From Bacteroidaceae bacterium (lineage in GTDB: Bacteria; Myxococcota_A; Bradymonadia; UBA4248): a DNA stretch of 54,255 bases. The stretch lies in the NCBI GenBank assembly GCA_963633515.1, contig CAVGZQ010000001.1:1-54255 (forward strand), written 5' to 3'. The notes under the pieces are model-generated. The model searched no databases. It saw only the letters and a program-made list of their open reading frames with translations, and was not told where the DNA came from. The position numbers and the translations under genes were made by a program. Below, piece after piece: positions 34,970-46,107 of the stretch (the stretch's first letter is position 1; each line of letters starts with the position of its first letter).

Positions 34970-37525
34970 CTAATCATCTTTTGCTTCGTCTTCATTTTTC
35001 GTCTTCGAAAGCGCCGCATACAAATCGAAATCTTCTTCGGTCTCCGTTTTTTGAGCCGTATTTGCCCGAATCATGTCGAGTTCGTCGTATGCAAACCCCT
35101 TGATGACGAGATCTTCCGGATCGGCTTTTTTGGTGACGTCGTCCGGATCGCGCGGCGCATCGGGCGTCATCTGAAGCCTTTCGGCCGGCGCGGTCTTCGT
35201 CGCGTTCTTTTTCCAAGCTTCGAGTTCTCTCATCGACGCTTCGCGTTCGAGCAACGCCTGCGCCCGCGCCGCCTTGTGCTTTTCGGCATTGAGACGCGCC
35301 ATGCGCTCTTGATACGACTCGATTTTTTTGATTTCCGGCGTCACGCTGCCGTCCGATTTGAGTTTTAACGCGCGCTTTTCCTTTTCTTCGGCGGCGCGTT
35401 TCGCTTTTTCGGCTTGAGCCGATTCGAGCTCCCGAATCTGATCGGCGCGCGCCCGCGCCGCATCGTCTGCCGTGACTTTCGCCGCCGGCGCTTCGTCTTC
35501 GAAAAATCGTTTGAAATCGCGCGCAGACGCTTGCGCGGCGTCCGGTTCAGGCGATGCCGAATCGTCCGAATCCGTTTCGCCGCGTTCGGCGGCGCTTCGG
35601 CAGCATTTGGCATTTTCTTCGGGGTCTTCCGACATCTTCAGTCCGAGCGTCGGCGCCGGAACCGTTTCGTCGAATAATTTCGCAAAATCGCGTCTCGGCG
35701 AATTGTCTTCGATCGCCGGCGCGCAGACGGTTTTAATTTTTTCTTCGTTTTTGGGCGCTTCGATTTTGGGCTGCGGATCGGGATCGGGCGTCATCTTAAG
35801 CCCCGACGGCGGCCGCCGGTCTTCCGAAAAGAAATCGTCCGAAAATGAACGCGCCGCGCTTGCGCGCATGGCGTCGGCGTCTTGCGATCCGTCGTCGTAC
35901 TTCGGAATGGCCGCCTCATCGAGCGTGTCGAAAAACGACGCATAGCTCTTGCCCGTGTCTTGCGCCGCCGCGGTTTCTTCTTCGGCATGCGATCGAAGCG
36001 ATGCATCGGTCGCGTCGTCTTGATCGAAAAAAGACGAAAAATCTTTCGTTTGCTGCGGCGCCGGCGAATCTTCGGCATCGTTCGCCGCCCGAATGCGATC
36101 GGCGTCGGGGCTGCCGCCGTCCGACTCGAAAAACCGATCAAACGTCTTTGGCGGATCGTGTTCGGGCGCCGCTTCCGATTCTGCGTCAAATCGGCTTCGA
36201 TCGGCGCCGTCTTCGTCGCCGGCGAAGAAATTGTCATAGCGGCGCGGCGTTTTTTCGCCGGCTTCGGCGCCCTGCGGCGGTTGTTCGCCGGTTTGCGGAT
36301 CGCCGTCGGCGGCCGAATCGTCTCGCGCAAGCTCGCGCGCCAATTTTTCTCTCACCGCAGCCTGCGCCAATCGCTGCTTTTCTTCGAATATTTCTGCCGC
36401 TCGCGCTTCGCTCTCTTCTTTGGCGCTGCGGAACGATTTGTCGGCTTCGTTTCCGCCGATGTTGTCGGGGTCGATCCCGGCTTCCTGCAAAATGCGGCGC
36501 GACTCCTCGTCGAGTCCGGGCACTTCGATGCGGCGTTCCGGGATTTCCGTCAAACCTTTTTCGAAATCGCGATACGCCGCTATCGCCCCGGTTTCGGGCA
36601 GCCGCAGCGCTTCGCCGCGCAATGCCGTCAGCGCCAATATCGTCAAAATTGCCGTATCGAAATACTTGGGCGGCGGCATCTTCTGCGGCGAAGCGTAGTT
36701 TTCGCCGCACCGCCGCCGCTGTTCTGCTGCAAAGGCCTCTGCCTCGGGCGCCAAAATATCGCCGATCATGCCGAAATTCCCCGCGCACAAACATGCCAGC
36801 GCCGCAATCAGCGCGTCGTAACGCATGATCTTGGGCAAAAGCGAAGCCGGCGGCTTGCCGCGCAGCGAATCCCGCGCCTTGGCATACGTGTTTATGCCGA
36901 GCGTCGCTTCGTCGTCGAATCCGCGCCCGATTGCCGCAATCGCGCCCGCATAAATGACTGCCGACAGCCCCGTCAATTCCGCAAAATCTGCGCAAAATCC
37001 CCGTCTGAAATACGACGTCATCAAATTCGCTTCGCGCATCACGTCTTCGGGCGCCGTATTTCCCAACACCATCATCAGCGGCAAACCGTACGTCGCCGAA
37101 AACTCGAGCGTCAGCATCGGCATCCCGCTGATGATTCCGAGCTCGACCGGCATTATCCGCCGCGTCATGAACATTTCGGGCGGCTTGAGTTCCAAGTGCA
37201 TCGCATGCCGTTCATGCAGACAGCGCGCCGCCATAAACGCATCGTCGACGACTTCGTAAATATCGTCGCCCGCCGCAAAACGCAGCTGCATCCGCCAACC
37301 GTACCAATCCAAATTGCGGTAATCGGCCTCGTCGCAATGCTTCGAAAAATACGCGCTGCATTCGCTCAGACGCGCATCGATTGCCGCCAAATCGGCATCG
37401 CCGATTCGCGCTGCGCCGCGCGGCGCCGGTTCATAGGCACGGTCCGATTGGCCGTCTTTCGGCGGTTGCGGCGTTGTCTCGGTCTGAACTTCGTCTGTCG
37501 GGGCGTGTTCCGTTTTCTGCGCCAT
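34970..37525 (-). CDS. Hypothetical protein: about 330-aa alpha-rich N-terminal domain plus about 500-aa acidic disordered region with repeated FF motifs
   Basis: AGGAGA SD 7 nt before ATG 37525 (MAQKTEHAPTDEV...). The track ORF 34970..38317 extends 264 codons further upstream, through the 78-bp repeat array and into the next gene, so that extension is rejected. Confidence 0.7.
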   Translation of the reverse strand: MAQKTEHAPTDEVQTETTPQPPKDGQSDRAYEPAPRGAARIGDADLAAIDARLSECSAYFSKHCDEADYRNLDWYGWRMQLRFAAGDDIYEVVDDAFMAARCLHERHAMHLELKPPEMFMTRRIMPVELGIISGMPMLTLEFSATYGLPLMMVLGNTAPEDVMREANLMTSYFRRGFCADFAELTGLSAVIYAGAIAAIGRGFDDEATLGINTYAKARDSLRGKPPASLLPKIMRYDALIAALACLCAGNFGMIGDILAPEAEAFAAEQRRRCGENYASPQKMPPPKYFDTAILTILALTALRGEALRLPETGAIAAYRDFEKGLTEIPERRIEVPGLDEESRRILQEAGIDPDNIGGNEADKSFRSAKEESEARAAEIFEEKQRLAQAAVREKLARELARDDSAADGDPQTGEQPPQGAEAGEKTPRRYDNFFAGDEDGADRSRFDAESEAAPEHDPPKTFDRFFESDGGSPDADRIRAANDAEDSPAPQQTKDFSSFFDQDDATDASLRSHAEEETAAAQDTGKSYASFFDTLDEAAIPKYDDGSQDADAMRASAARSFSDDFFSEDRRPPSGLKMTPDPDPQPKIEAPKNEEKIKTVCAPAIEDNSPRRDFAKLFDETVPAPTLGLKMSEDPEENAKCCRSAAERGETDSDDSASPEPDAAQASARDFKRFFEDEAPAAKVTADDAARARADQIRELESAQAEKAKRAAEEKEKRALKLKSDGSVTPEIKKIESYQERMARLNAEKHKAARAQALLEREASMRELEAWKKNATKTAPAERLQMTPDAPRDPDDVTKKADPEDLVIKGFAYDELDMIRANTAQKTETEEDFDLYAALSKTKNEDEAKDD

Positions 37526-37621
37526 ATTCAATCTCCTGCATTGCGAGAAGTTTTGCAAAATTCGGGCGGTTTCGCGGCTTTTGGGCGAGCCGCCTGACGG
37601 CTTTCGCCGATGCGGCGGCCA

Positions 37622-37933
37622 GCGCCCTTTTTCGCCTTTCGGCTCAATGCGGGCTTTGGCTCCGGCTGTTGCGGCTTGCGCCGCAATGCGCCTTCGCGGG
37701 CGCCCTTTTTCGCCTTTCGGCTCAATGCGGGCTTTGGCTCCGGCTGTTGCGGCTTGCGCCGCAATGCGCCTTCGCGGGCGCCCTTTTTCGCCTTTCGGCT
37801 CAATGCGGGCTTTGGCTCCGGCTGTTGCGGCTTGCGCCGCAATGCGCCTTCGCGGGCGCCCTTTTTCGCCTTTCGGCTCAATGCGGGCTTTGGCTTCGGC
37901 TGTTGCGGCTTGCGCCGCAATGCGCCTTCGCGG
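37622..37933. repeat. Tandem array: 4 x 78-bp unit, each unit holding two REP-like hairpins
   Basis: Units at 37622, 37700, 37778 and 37856: gcgccctttttcgcc-tttc-ggctcaatgcgggc tttggctcc ggctgttgcggc-ttgc-gccgcaatgcgcc ttcgcgg. Confidence 0.95.
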
Positions 37934-38061
37934 CCCGGCGTGCGCCGGGCGGTTGCGTCCGATTTTTCGGGCTGCGGCAGCGAGCCATGCGCATTGCGCC
38001 GTTTTTTCGTTTCGTGCTTCGCGAAACAAACGCCGCAAAAGCCGGCCGCCGCGCGGCCGAA

Positions 38062-39885
38062 TCAATCTAAGCCGAGCTGATCGCGCGTAAAATACTCGGG
38101 CTCCGACGAATCGTAACGCAAATCGCGCTTGGGAACGAAATACACGAGCGGCGCTTCGTATCCTTCGGCGCGGCCGAAATAACGCGTCAGACGGCGCGAA
38201 ATCTCGACCAAATGCGCAAAATCGACGGCATACGGCGTTTCGATAAAACCGAGACGGAAAGCCGTTTCGCGCGCTTTGGCAAGCGGAACGGCGCCGATTG
38301 CGCCGGCATCTTCGCATGTCAAAACGCCCATATCGGCGAGCTCGCGGAACATCCAGAGGATTTCATAAGTCAAATGGAATCGTCCGATATGTTCCCACAG
38401 CCCCGTCACGACGTCGGCGGCATGCGCGCCCGACAGAAGCTGCCGGACGCCGTCCGCGCCGAGCTTGCCCAACGCATGACGAATGATGAGCAAATAATGG
38501 AGATTGCCGAGATCTTCGGCGCGGTTGGCCATGCCGCCGTCCAAAAGACCGATCAAAATTTCGTCGACCGGCTGCGCCGATCGAATCAAATTCGAATAAA
38601 ACCCCATCTGCTTGAGCATTGCGTACGATTGCCCGCCTTTCGACGTGTTCAGTTTCCCGCCGTATCGGAACAGCTGCAACGCAAGCGCCGACAGGCAAAA
38701 AAGCGCATAGACCGCATCTTCGGCGAAGTCGGCTTTCGAAAAGCCGTAGTCGGCTGCCGTAAGCAGGCGGCCGCCCGGGCGCGTGCGCCACCACGCCTGA
38801 ACGGCATGGAGGTTTTGGGCGACGAGCGCATCGTCGAGACGCAGCTGGGCGAGGCGCACGGTCGGCGCGCTGCCGAATTCGCCGTCATCGTCTTCGATTT
38901 CTTCTTCGTCGGCGCCCCTGAGCGCTTCGCGCACGAGTTCGAGCGGCATATCGTCGGGTTTGGGCGCAAGCGGCTGCACGATGACTTCGACGCGGGTTTG
39001 AGAAATCGGCGCCGAAGCAGCCGGCGCGGCATGGACGCTCTGCGCCGCAACGCTCTGCGCCGAAGCCTCCGGCGCAAACATCGATGCGGCCGGTTCTTTG
39101 TCTTCGGCCGTTTCGGGCAAATCGGCGGCGTCCGGTCTGTCGGGCGTCTTTTCCGACGCATCGCAGCCGGCGCCGTGATGCTGAGGCGCCGAAACGGCGC
39201 CGTCACCGTCGTCGTCATCGTCTGACGGCGCATCGTGTTTTGCGGCCGCGCCGGAGGCGCGGGATCCGGCGCCGTCTTCGTCGCCGTCATCGTCGTCGTC
39301 GTCGTCATCATCGCCCGAACCGCCGCCTTCGTCTTCGAGCAGTTCGTCGATGTCGAGAAGCTTTAATTCGCCCTCGCAGGCTTCTTTGCCCAAATCGCTC
39401 AACCCCCATCGGATGCCCACGATGCGTATGTATCCCGTTGCCTCGAGCCACATCAGCCATGCTTTGAAATTGAGCAGCGTCAGCGTTTTTCCCTGATAGA
39501 TGTAACTCGTCAGATAGCGGTAAATTTCGTTCGTCGAATACAGCCGCTCGGCTATCGCATCCATGATGAATTTCATCAGGATTTTATTTTTTTCCAGCAG
39601 ATGCCGGAAGAGATGGCGCTGGCGATCTTCGGGCGCGGCGATCGTCGGCAAATCGCGCAGGAAGGCGTCGCATTTGACCCGGCTTTCGTCTCGGACATCG
39701 ATGTTGAGGAATCTCAGAACCGTCTCAAACTGCTCTTTGTCGTAGAGCCCGTTTTCTTTGAAAAATTTGCGCAATGCGCGGAAATCGGGTTTTGCTTTGG
39801 CGATAAACGACGCGACAAGCCCGACTTTGGGCAACAATTCTGCGGCGGCGCAACCCGCCAATGCGGCATAATTGATTTCTTGCAT
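38062..39885 (-). CDS. Hypothetical protein: N-terminal wHTH-like domain, poly-Asp linker, alpha-rich C-terminal domain
   Basis: ATG 39885. MQEINYAALAG...AWLMWLEATGYIRIVGIRWGLSDLG, then GGGSGDDDDDDDDDGDEDG and a low-complexity linker, then a roughly 300-aa C-terminal domain. No family recognised. Confidence 0.7.
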   Translation of the reverse strand: MQEINYAALAGCAAAELLPKVGLVASFIAKAKPDFRALRKFFKENGLYDKEQFETVLRFLNIDVRDESRVKCDAFLRDLPTIAAPEDRQRHLFRHLLEKNKILMKFIMDAIAERLYSTNEIYRYLTSYIYQGKTLTLLNFKAWLMWLEATGYIRIVGIRWGLSDLGKEACEGELKLLDIDELLEDEGGGSGDDDDDDDDDGDEDGAGSRASGAAAKHDAPSDDDDDGDGAVSAPQHHGAGCDASEKTPDRPDAADLPETAEDKEPAASMFAPEASAQSVAAQSVHAAPAASAPISQTRVEVIVQPLAPKPDDMPLELVREALRGADEEEIEDDDGEFGSAPTVRLAQLRLDDALVAQNLHAVQAWWRTRPGGRLLTAADYGFSKADFAEDAVYALFCLSALALQLFRYGGKLNTSKGGQSYAMLKQMGFYSNLIRSAQPVDEILIGLLDGGMANRAEDLGNLHYLLIIRHALGKLGADGVRQLLSGAHAADVVTGLWEHIGRFHLTYEILWMFRELADMGVLTCEDAGAIGAVPLAKARETAFRLGFIETPYAVDFAHLVEISRRLTRYFGRAEGYEAPLVYFVPKRDLRYDSSEPEYFTRDQLGLD

Positions 39886-40086
39886 AATTACCGGCCTTCT
39901 TCAAAACAAAGACATCTGCTCGATGCAGAACGGAACGCGATGCAATTTACACGTTTCGCAAGCCCGCGCGCAAGCGTTAGTTATCGGCGGCGTCGGCCGA
40001 AATCGGTTGCATGCCGCGGGCGGCGCGTCGTGCCGATTGAATGCGAAGCGCCGAAAACGGGCAAGCGCGCATAACCAAAGAAGGGC

Positions 40087-40245
40087 GCGGCGTATGCTCG
40101 CAGGGGCGAAAGCCCCGAGAACATAGCCGCGCCTGCCTGCCGTATTTGCAAAGCAAATAGGCAGGCTCAGCCGCGCGTATTGCCCCGTCGGGCAACAGCG
40201 CGGCCGCGAAGGCGCATTTCGCCCCCCGCGGGGGGCGAAACAGCC
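40087..40245. repeat. REP/BIME-like cluster of 4 GC hairpins in a divergent intergenic region
   Basis: ggcGTATgctcgcaggggc-gaaa-gccccgagaacATAGcc; cctgccGTATttgc-aaa-gcaaATAGgcagg; gcgcGTATtgcccc-gtc-gggcaacagcgc; ggcgcatttcgcccccc-gc-ggggggcgaaacagcc. Confidence 0.8.
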
Positions 40246-40419
40246 GAAGCCGTCCGAATCCCGAAGGATCGCCGGGTGCGAAATTTATTGACTTTTTTTG
40301 CCGGACGTGCTATGCGCGGCGCACTCTTGCGGCATGAGCGTCGGGAAGCCCGGGCGCCGCAAGGGAGGCCTTTGTAGCCGCGGCAATTCTTTTTTCTTTT
40401 TTTTATTTCGGAGACCGTC

Positions 40420-42111
<1,692 letters not shown>

Positions 42112-42153
42112 TCTTTCGCCGCGCGCCGAACACGGCGCGCCGAAGTTCAAAAG

Positions 42154-42180
42154 CCGGTTTCTTCGGAGATCGGTTTTTTT
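42154..42180 (+). terminator. Rho-independent terminator of rpsA
   Basis: ccggtttc-ttcg-gagatcgg (8-bp stem with two G.U pairs, UUCG loop) followed by T7. It is preceded by a second GC hairpin, gcgcgccg-aaca-cggcgcgc, at 42121-42140. Confidence 0.7.
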
Positions 42181-42324
42181 AATTTTTGTCGCGCCGAACG
42201 CGGCGCCGAAAAATCGCATCATTGCGGAATTTCGTGTTTTTTCGCATCGCGCTTTGTTCTATAAATCCCGATTCGGTTGATCTTCGGGCCGGGCGGCCCA
42301 TGACGCGTCACAAGGGAGAGCAGC

Positions 42325-43893
42325 ATGTTTGCGTGTGAAAGATTTGCGAAAGTCGATATACGAACCGATATCCGCGAGATTGCCGGCGAAGATCGCAAAG
42401 TATTGCCGCTTCTCATCCGCGCCGCCGCATGTCTCAATCCGATTTACTTGCGGCAGGTATCCAATCTCAATCCGCAATTCAAGCAGGAAATCGAAGATTC
42501 GCATTCGCAGCGCCTGATTGAGTCTTTCGGCATCATGGCCGGGCCGTGGGATCGTCTTGACGGCGACAAGCCGTTTTACGGCAGCATCGAAAAGCCGCTC
42601 GGGGCGGGGTTTTATCCTTACGATTTGACGCGCGAAGAGTTTTTGTCCTGGTGCGAGTCGCATCCGGAAGATGCCGAAGCGCTGAAATCGTTTACGACGG
42701 TCGTGCGCCGGCTTCCCGACGGGGGTCTGACCGCCGTTCCCTACAGCGCGGTCTATGCGCTCGAACTCAGAAAAGCGGCGGATTTGCTTCACGAGGCGGC
42801 GGAGGTTTCGTCAAATCCTTCTCTTTCGAACTATCTGCGATTGCGCGCGCAGGCGCTTTTGTCGAACGACTACGCGCCGAGCGAAGAGGCATGGATTAAG
42901 CTTGATGCCGATATCGAATTCGTGTTTGGTCCTTACGAAACGTACGAAGACAGGCTTTTCGGCTACAAGGCCGCTTTCGAAGCATTTGTTGCGCGCAAAA
43001 TCCCCGAAGAGTCGCGCCGCTTGCGCCATATCGCCGATTTGGCCGAAGAGATGCAGACGGCGCTTCCCATGACCGATGCCATGCGCGCGACGCATCCCGA
43101 ATGCGCAACATCGCCTTTTGTCGTCGCCGATTTGCTGTCGGCAGCGGGCGAATCGCGTTTCGGCATTCAGACGCTGGCGTTCGTTTTGCCCAACGATCCC
43201 GAGGTTGTTTCGGCCTTCGGGACCAAAAAAGTCATGCTCCGCAATATTCAGCAGGCAAAATTCGATGCGATTTTGCGTCCGATCGCGTCGCGTTTCCTTC
43301 CGCGCAAAACGATGGAAAATCTGTCGTTCGATGCTTTTTTCCGCCACACCATTTTGCACGAAACCGGGCACAGCCTGGGCGTCAAAGCGACCGCGGGCGG
43401 GGGCGGTTCGGTCATTCATGCTTTGGCCGACGCCTATGCGCCCATCGAAGAATGCAAAGCCGATGCGATATCGACGTTTTTGTCGTTTTGGTTTGCCGAA
43501 CGCGGCGAGCTGACGCAACGTGAGTTAGACGAAACGTGCGCGACGCTTATGGCAGGATTTTTCCGATCGCTTCGCTTCGGTCTTGCGCAGGCGCATGCCC
43601 GAGCAAACGCCATACAGCTCAATTACTACATGGCGTGCGGCGCCGTCGTTTGCGACGGATCGGGATTATTCGTCTGCGATGTTGCCAAAATCGGCGACGC
43701 TTCGCGCCGGCTCATCGCCGAATTGCTTCGGATTCAATACGAAGGGAATCGCGAAAACGCCAATGATTTTTTGAATCGCTATGCCGTTTTGGACGCCGGG
43801 CTCAGCGCGCGGCTCGAAGCGCTCGACGATATCCCCGTCGATATCGTTTGCCGCTACGCGGCCGAACAGGAAGGATTTTTCGATGCCGTTTAA
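42325..43893 (+). CDS. Zn-dependent peptidase, DPP3 (M49)-like family
   Basis: GGGAGAG SD. HTILHETGHSLG (HEXXH) and IEECKADA, resembling the M49 second motif EEXR/KAE/D. Confidence 0.55.
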   Translation: MFACERFAKVDIRTDIREIAGEDRKVLPLLIRAAACLNPIYLRQVSNLNPQFKQEIEDSHSQRLIESFGIMAGPWDRLDGDKPFYGSIEKPLGAGFYPYDLTREEFLSWCESHPEDAEALKSFTTVVRRLPDGGLTAVPYSAVYALELRKAADLLHEAAEVSSNPSLSNYLRLRAQALLSNDYAPSEEAWIKLDADIEFVFGPYETYEDRLFGYKAAFEAFVARKIPEESRRLRHIADLAEEMQTALPMTDAMRATHPECATSPFVVADLLSAAGESRFGIQTLAFVLPNDPEVVSAFGTKKVMLRNIQQAKFDAILRPIASRFLPRKTMENLSFDAFFRHTILHETGHSLGVKATAGGGGSVIHALADAYAPIEECKADAISTFLSFWFAERGELTQRELDETCATLMAGFFRSLRFGLAQAHARANAIQLNYYMACGAVVCDGSGLFVCDVAKIGDASRRLIAELLRIQYEGNRENANDFLNRYAVLDAGLSARLEALDDIPVDIVCRYAAEQEGFFDAV

Positions 43894-44257
43894 ACGTTTG
43901 AGGGGCGTTTGGCGCGTTGTCGGGCGTCTGATGCCGGCGTTTTGCGCATGTTTTTGCTTCGGATGCGAAACATCAGCCGACAAACTCAGCCGACACCTCG
44001 ATGCCATCGCCGACATTACGATGCAAAACGCGGCGCACTGCGATATTTTGGCGCAAAAACTCGATGCGTATCTCGATGAACACGGCGCCGAAATGAAACG
44101 GGCGTGTCATCGCCTCATGATGGCTCATGCCGAAGACTTGCGCGGCATTTTCCAATCGACGACGCGCATCGACATGGTAACCGAACATTGCGCGCCGCCG
44201 GTTTTAAAGCGATTTCGCTATCGCATGGCAGAAATTCTCTTCGAGGAACCGCAATAA
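43883..44257 (+). CDS. Small hypothetical protein with hydrophobic Cys-rich N-terminus
   Basis: Internal ATG 43883 overlaps the preceding stop by 11 nt (MPFKRLRGVWRVVGRLMPAFCACFCFGCETSADK...). Its stop abuts the mnmG ATG. Confidence 0.45.
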   Translation: MPFKRLRGVWRVVGRLMPAFCACFCFGCETSADKLSRHLDAIADITMQNAAHCDILAQKLDAYLDEHGAEMKRACHRLMMAHAEDLRGIFQSTTRIDMVTEHCAPPVLKRFRYRMAEILFEEPQ

Positions 44258-46093
44258 ATGACAGAATATCCGATTGTTTTCGACGCCGCCGTCGTGGGCG
44301 GCGGTCATGCCGGCTGCGAGGCCGCCTGCGCATTGGCGCGGATGGGGTTTCACGTGCTCCTGATGACGCTCGATATCGATCGCATTGCCCAGATGAGTTG
44401 CAATCCATCGATCGGCGGCATTGCCAAAGGTCACATCACAAAAGAAATCGATGCGTTGGGCGGCGTCATGGCTCGCGTTGCCGATGCGTCGGCCATTCAA
44501 TACCGCACGCTCAACGCAAGCAAAGGGCCTGCGGTTCGGTCTTCGCGCGTCCAATGCGACACGCAAATCTATCGGCGGGAAATGCTGCGGACGCTGTCGG
44601 CATTTGCGAATATCGATTTGGTTCAGGCGAAAGCCGAGGACGTTCTCTTGGATGACGGCCGGCGCGTCGCGGGCGTTTTGACGGCGGACGGCGCCGTTTA
44701 CCGCTGCCGAACCGTCGTGCTGTGCACGGGGACATTTTTGCGGGGACTTTGCCATATCGGCGATTACACGTTCGATGCCGGGCGCGCGGGCGACGGGGCG
44801 AGCGAAAAGCTGAGCGCAAAACTCAATGCGTCGGGTGTGCGCTGGCGCCGCCTCAAAACCGGCACGCCGCCGCGCATTGCCCGGCACAGCCTCGATATGT
44901 CGAAATTCGAAGTCCAAAATGGCGACGATAATATTGTGCGGCTCAGTTTCTGCGGCGATGCGCCGCTTCTCAGACAAGTGCCCTGCCATATCGCTTACAC
45001 AAACGCACGCACGCACGAAATCATCCGCGGCGCGCGCGAACGTTCACCGCTCTTCAACGGCGCCATATCGGGCATCGGACCGCGCTATTGCCCAAGCATC
45101 GAAGACAAAGTTTTCCGTTTTGCCGACAAGGATCGTCACCAAATTTTCATCGAACCGATGGGGCTTGATACCGACGAGATTTATCCTGCGGGCATTTCTT
45201 CTTCGTTGCCGTTCGACGTTCAGCTGGCGTTTATCCGCAGCATCGAAGGCTTCGAACGCGCGCATGTCATCCGCCCGGCTTATGCCGTCGAGTACGATGC
45301 CCTCGAATCGGGGCAAATCACCCATGCCATGAATTTGCGCGATTTGCCGTCGGTTTTCGTTGCCGGGCAAATCAACGGCACGAGCGGTTACGAAGAAGCC
45401 GCCGCCCAAGGTCTCATGGCGGGCATCAATGCAGGGCTGATGTTAAGCAGGCGCGAACCGTTTGTCTTGGGCCGCGGCGAAGCTTACATCGGCGTCATGA
45501 TCGACGATCTCGTCATGCGCGGCGCCGACGAACCGTATCGCATGTTTACGAGCCGCGCCGAATTTCGGCTCTGTTTGCGCGAAGACAATGCCGACATGCG
45601 TCTCTCCGAATACGGTCACAAGCTTGGACTCTTGTCCGAGGCCGATTACGGCCGGTTTCAAACGAAAAAAGCCCAAATCGCCGAGCTTTCGCAGATCCTC
45701 GAAACGATGCGCGTCTCCGATTTGCCTCCCGATCACGGCTTGCCTGCCCGCGGAAAACTCGTTCAAGTCCTCAAGATGCCCGAAGTCACGATCGAACGCT
45801 TGGCGCAAATCTGCCCGCAAATTGCGCAATTTCCTGCGCCCGTCAGGCAGTCGGCCGAAATCGCCGCAAAATTCGGCGGCTACATCGCCCGCGAGAATGC
45901 CCGCATCGCCGCATTTGCCGAGTTGGAGTCTAAACGCATTCCCGAAGATTTCGATTACAAAAAAGTCCATGGGCTGACGGCCGAAGCGCTCCAAAAGCTC
46001 GAAAAATTCCGTCCGCGAAGCCTCGGCGAAGCGCAACGCATTCCGGGCGTCACGCCCGCAGCCGTCAATGCCGTTTGGATTATGCTGAAATAG
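44258..46093 (+). CDS. mnmG: tRNA uridine 5-carboxymethylaminomethyl modification enzyme MnmG (GidA)
   Basis: FDAAVVGGGHAGCEAACALARMG FAD motif, SCNPSIGGIAKGH, GPRYCPSIEDK, GQINGTSGYEEAAAQG; 611 aa. Confidence 0.95.
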   Translation: MTEYPIVFDAAVVGGGHAGCEAACALARMGFHVLLMTLDIDRIAQMSCNPSIGGIAKGHITKEIDALGGVMARVADASAIQYRTLNASKGPAVRSSRVQCDTQIYRREMLRTLSAFANIDLVQAKAEDVLLDDGRRVAGVLTADGAVYRCRTVVLCTGTFLRGLCHIGDYTFDAGRAGDGASEKLSAKLNASGVRWRRLKTGTPPRIARHSLDMSKFEVQNGDDNIVRLSFCGDAPLLRQVPCHIAYTNARTHEIIRGARERSPLFNGAISGIGPRYCPSIEDKVFRFADKDRHQIFIEPMGLDTDEIYPAGISSSLPFDVQLAFIRSIEGFERAHVIRPAYAVEYDALESGQITHAMNLRDLPSVFVAGQINGTSGYEEAAAQGLMAGINAGLMLSRREPFVLGRGEAYIGVMIDDLVMRGADEPYRMFTSRAEFRLCLREDNADMRLSEYGHKLGLLSEADYGRFQTKKAQIAELSQILETMRVSDLPPDHGLPARGKLVQVLKMPEVTIERLAQICPQIAQFPAPVRQSAEIAAKFGGYIARENARIAAFAELESKRIPEDFDYKKVHGLTAEALQKLEKFRPRSLGEAQRIPGVTPAAVNAVWIMLK

Positions 46094-46107
46094 TCTTTTG
46101 CGCGCCC

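Noticed and set aside
37526-38317. N-terminal 264-codon extension of ORF 34970..38317, and ORFs 37381..38070, 37581..38090, 37610..38080 and 37528..37920
   Set aside because: The extension runs through the 4 x 78-bp repeat array and overlaps the 3' end of gene 38062..39885. An internal ATG at 37525 has a good AGGAGA SD, and the repeat-derived peptides are Arg/Ala-rich periodic artefacts.
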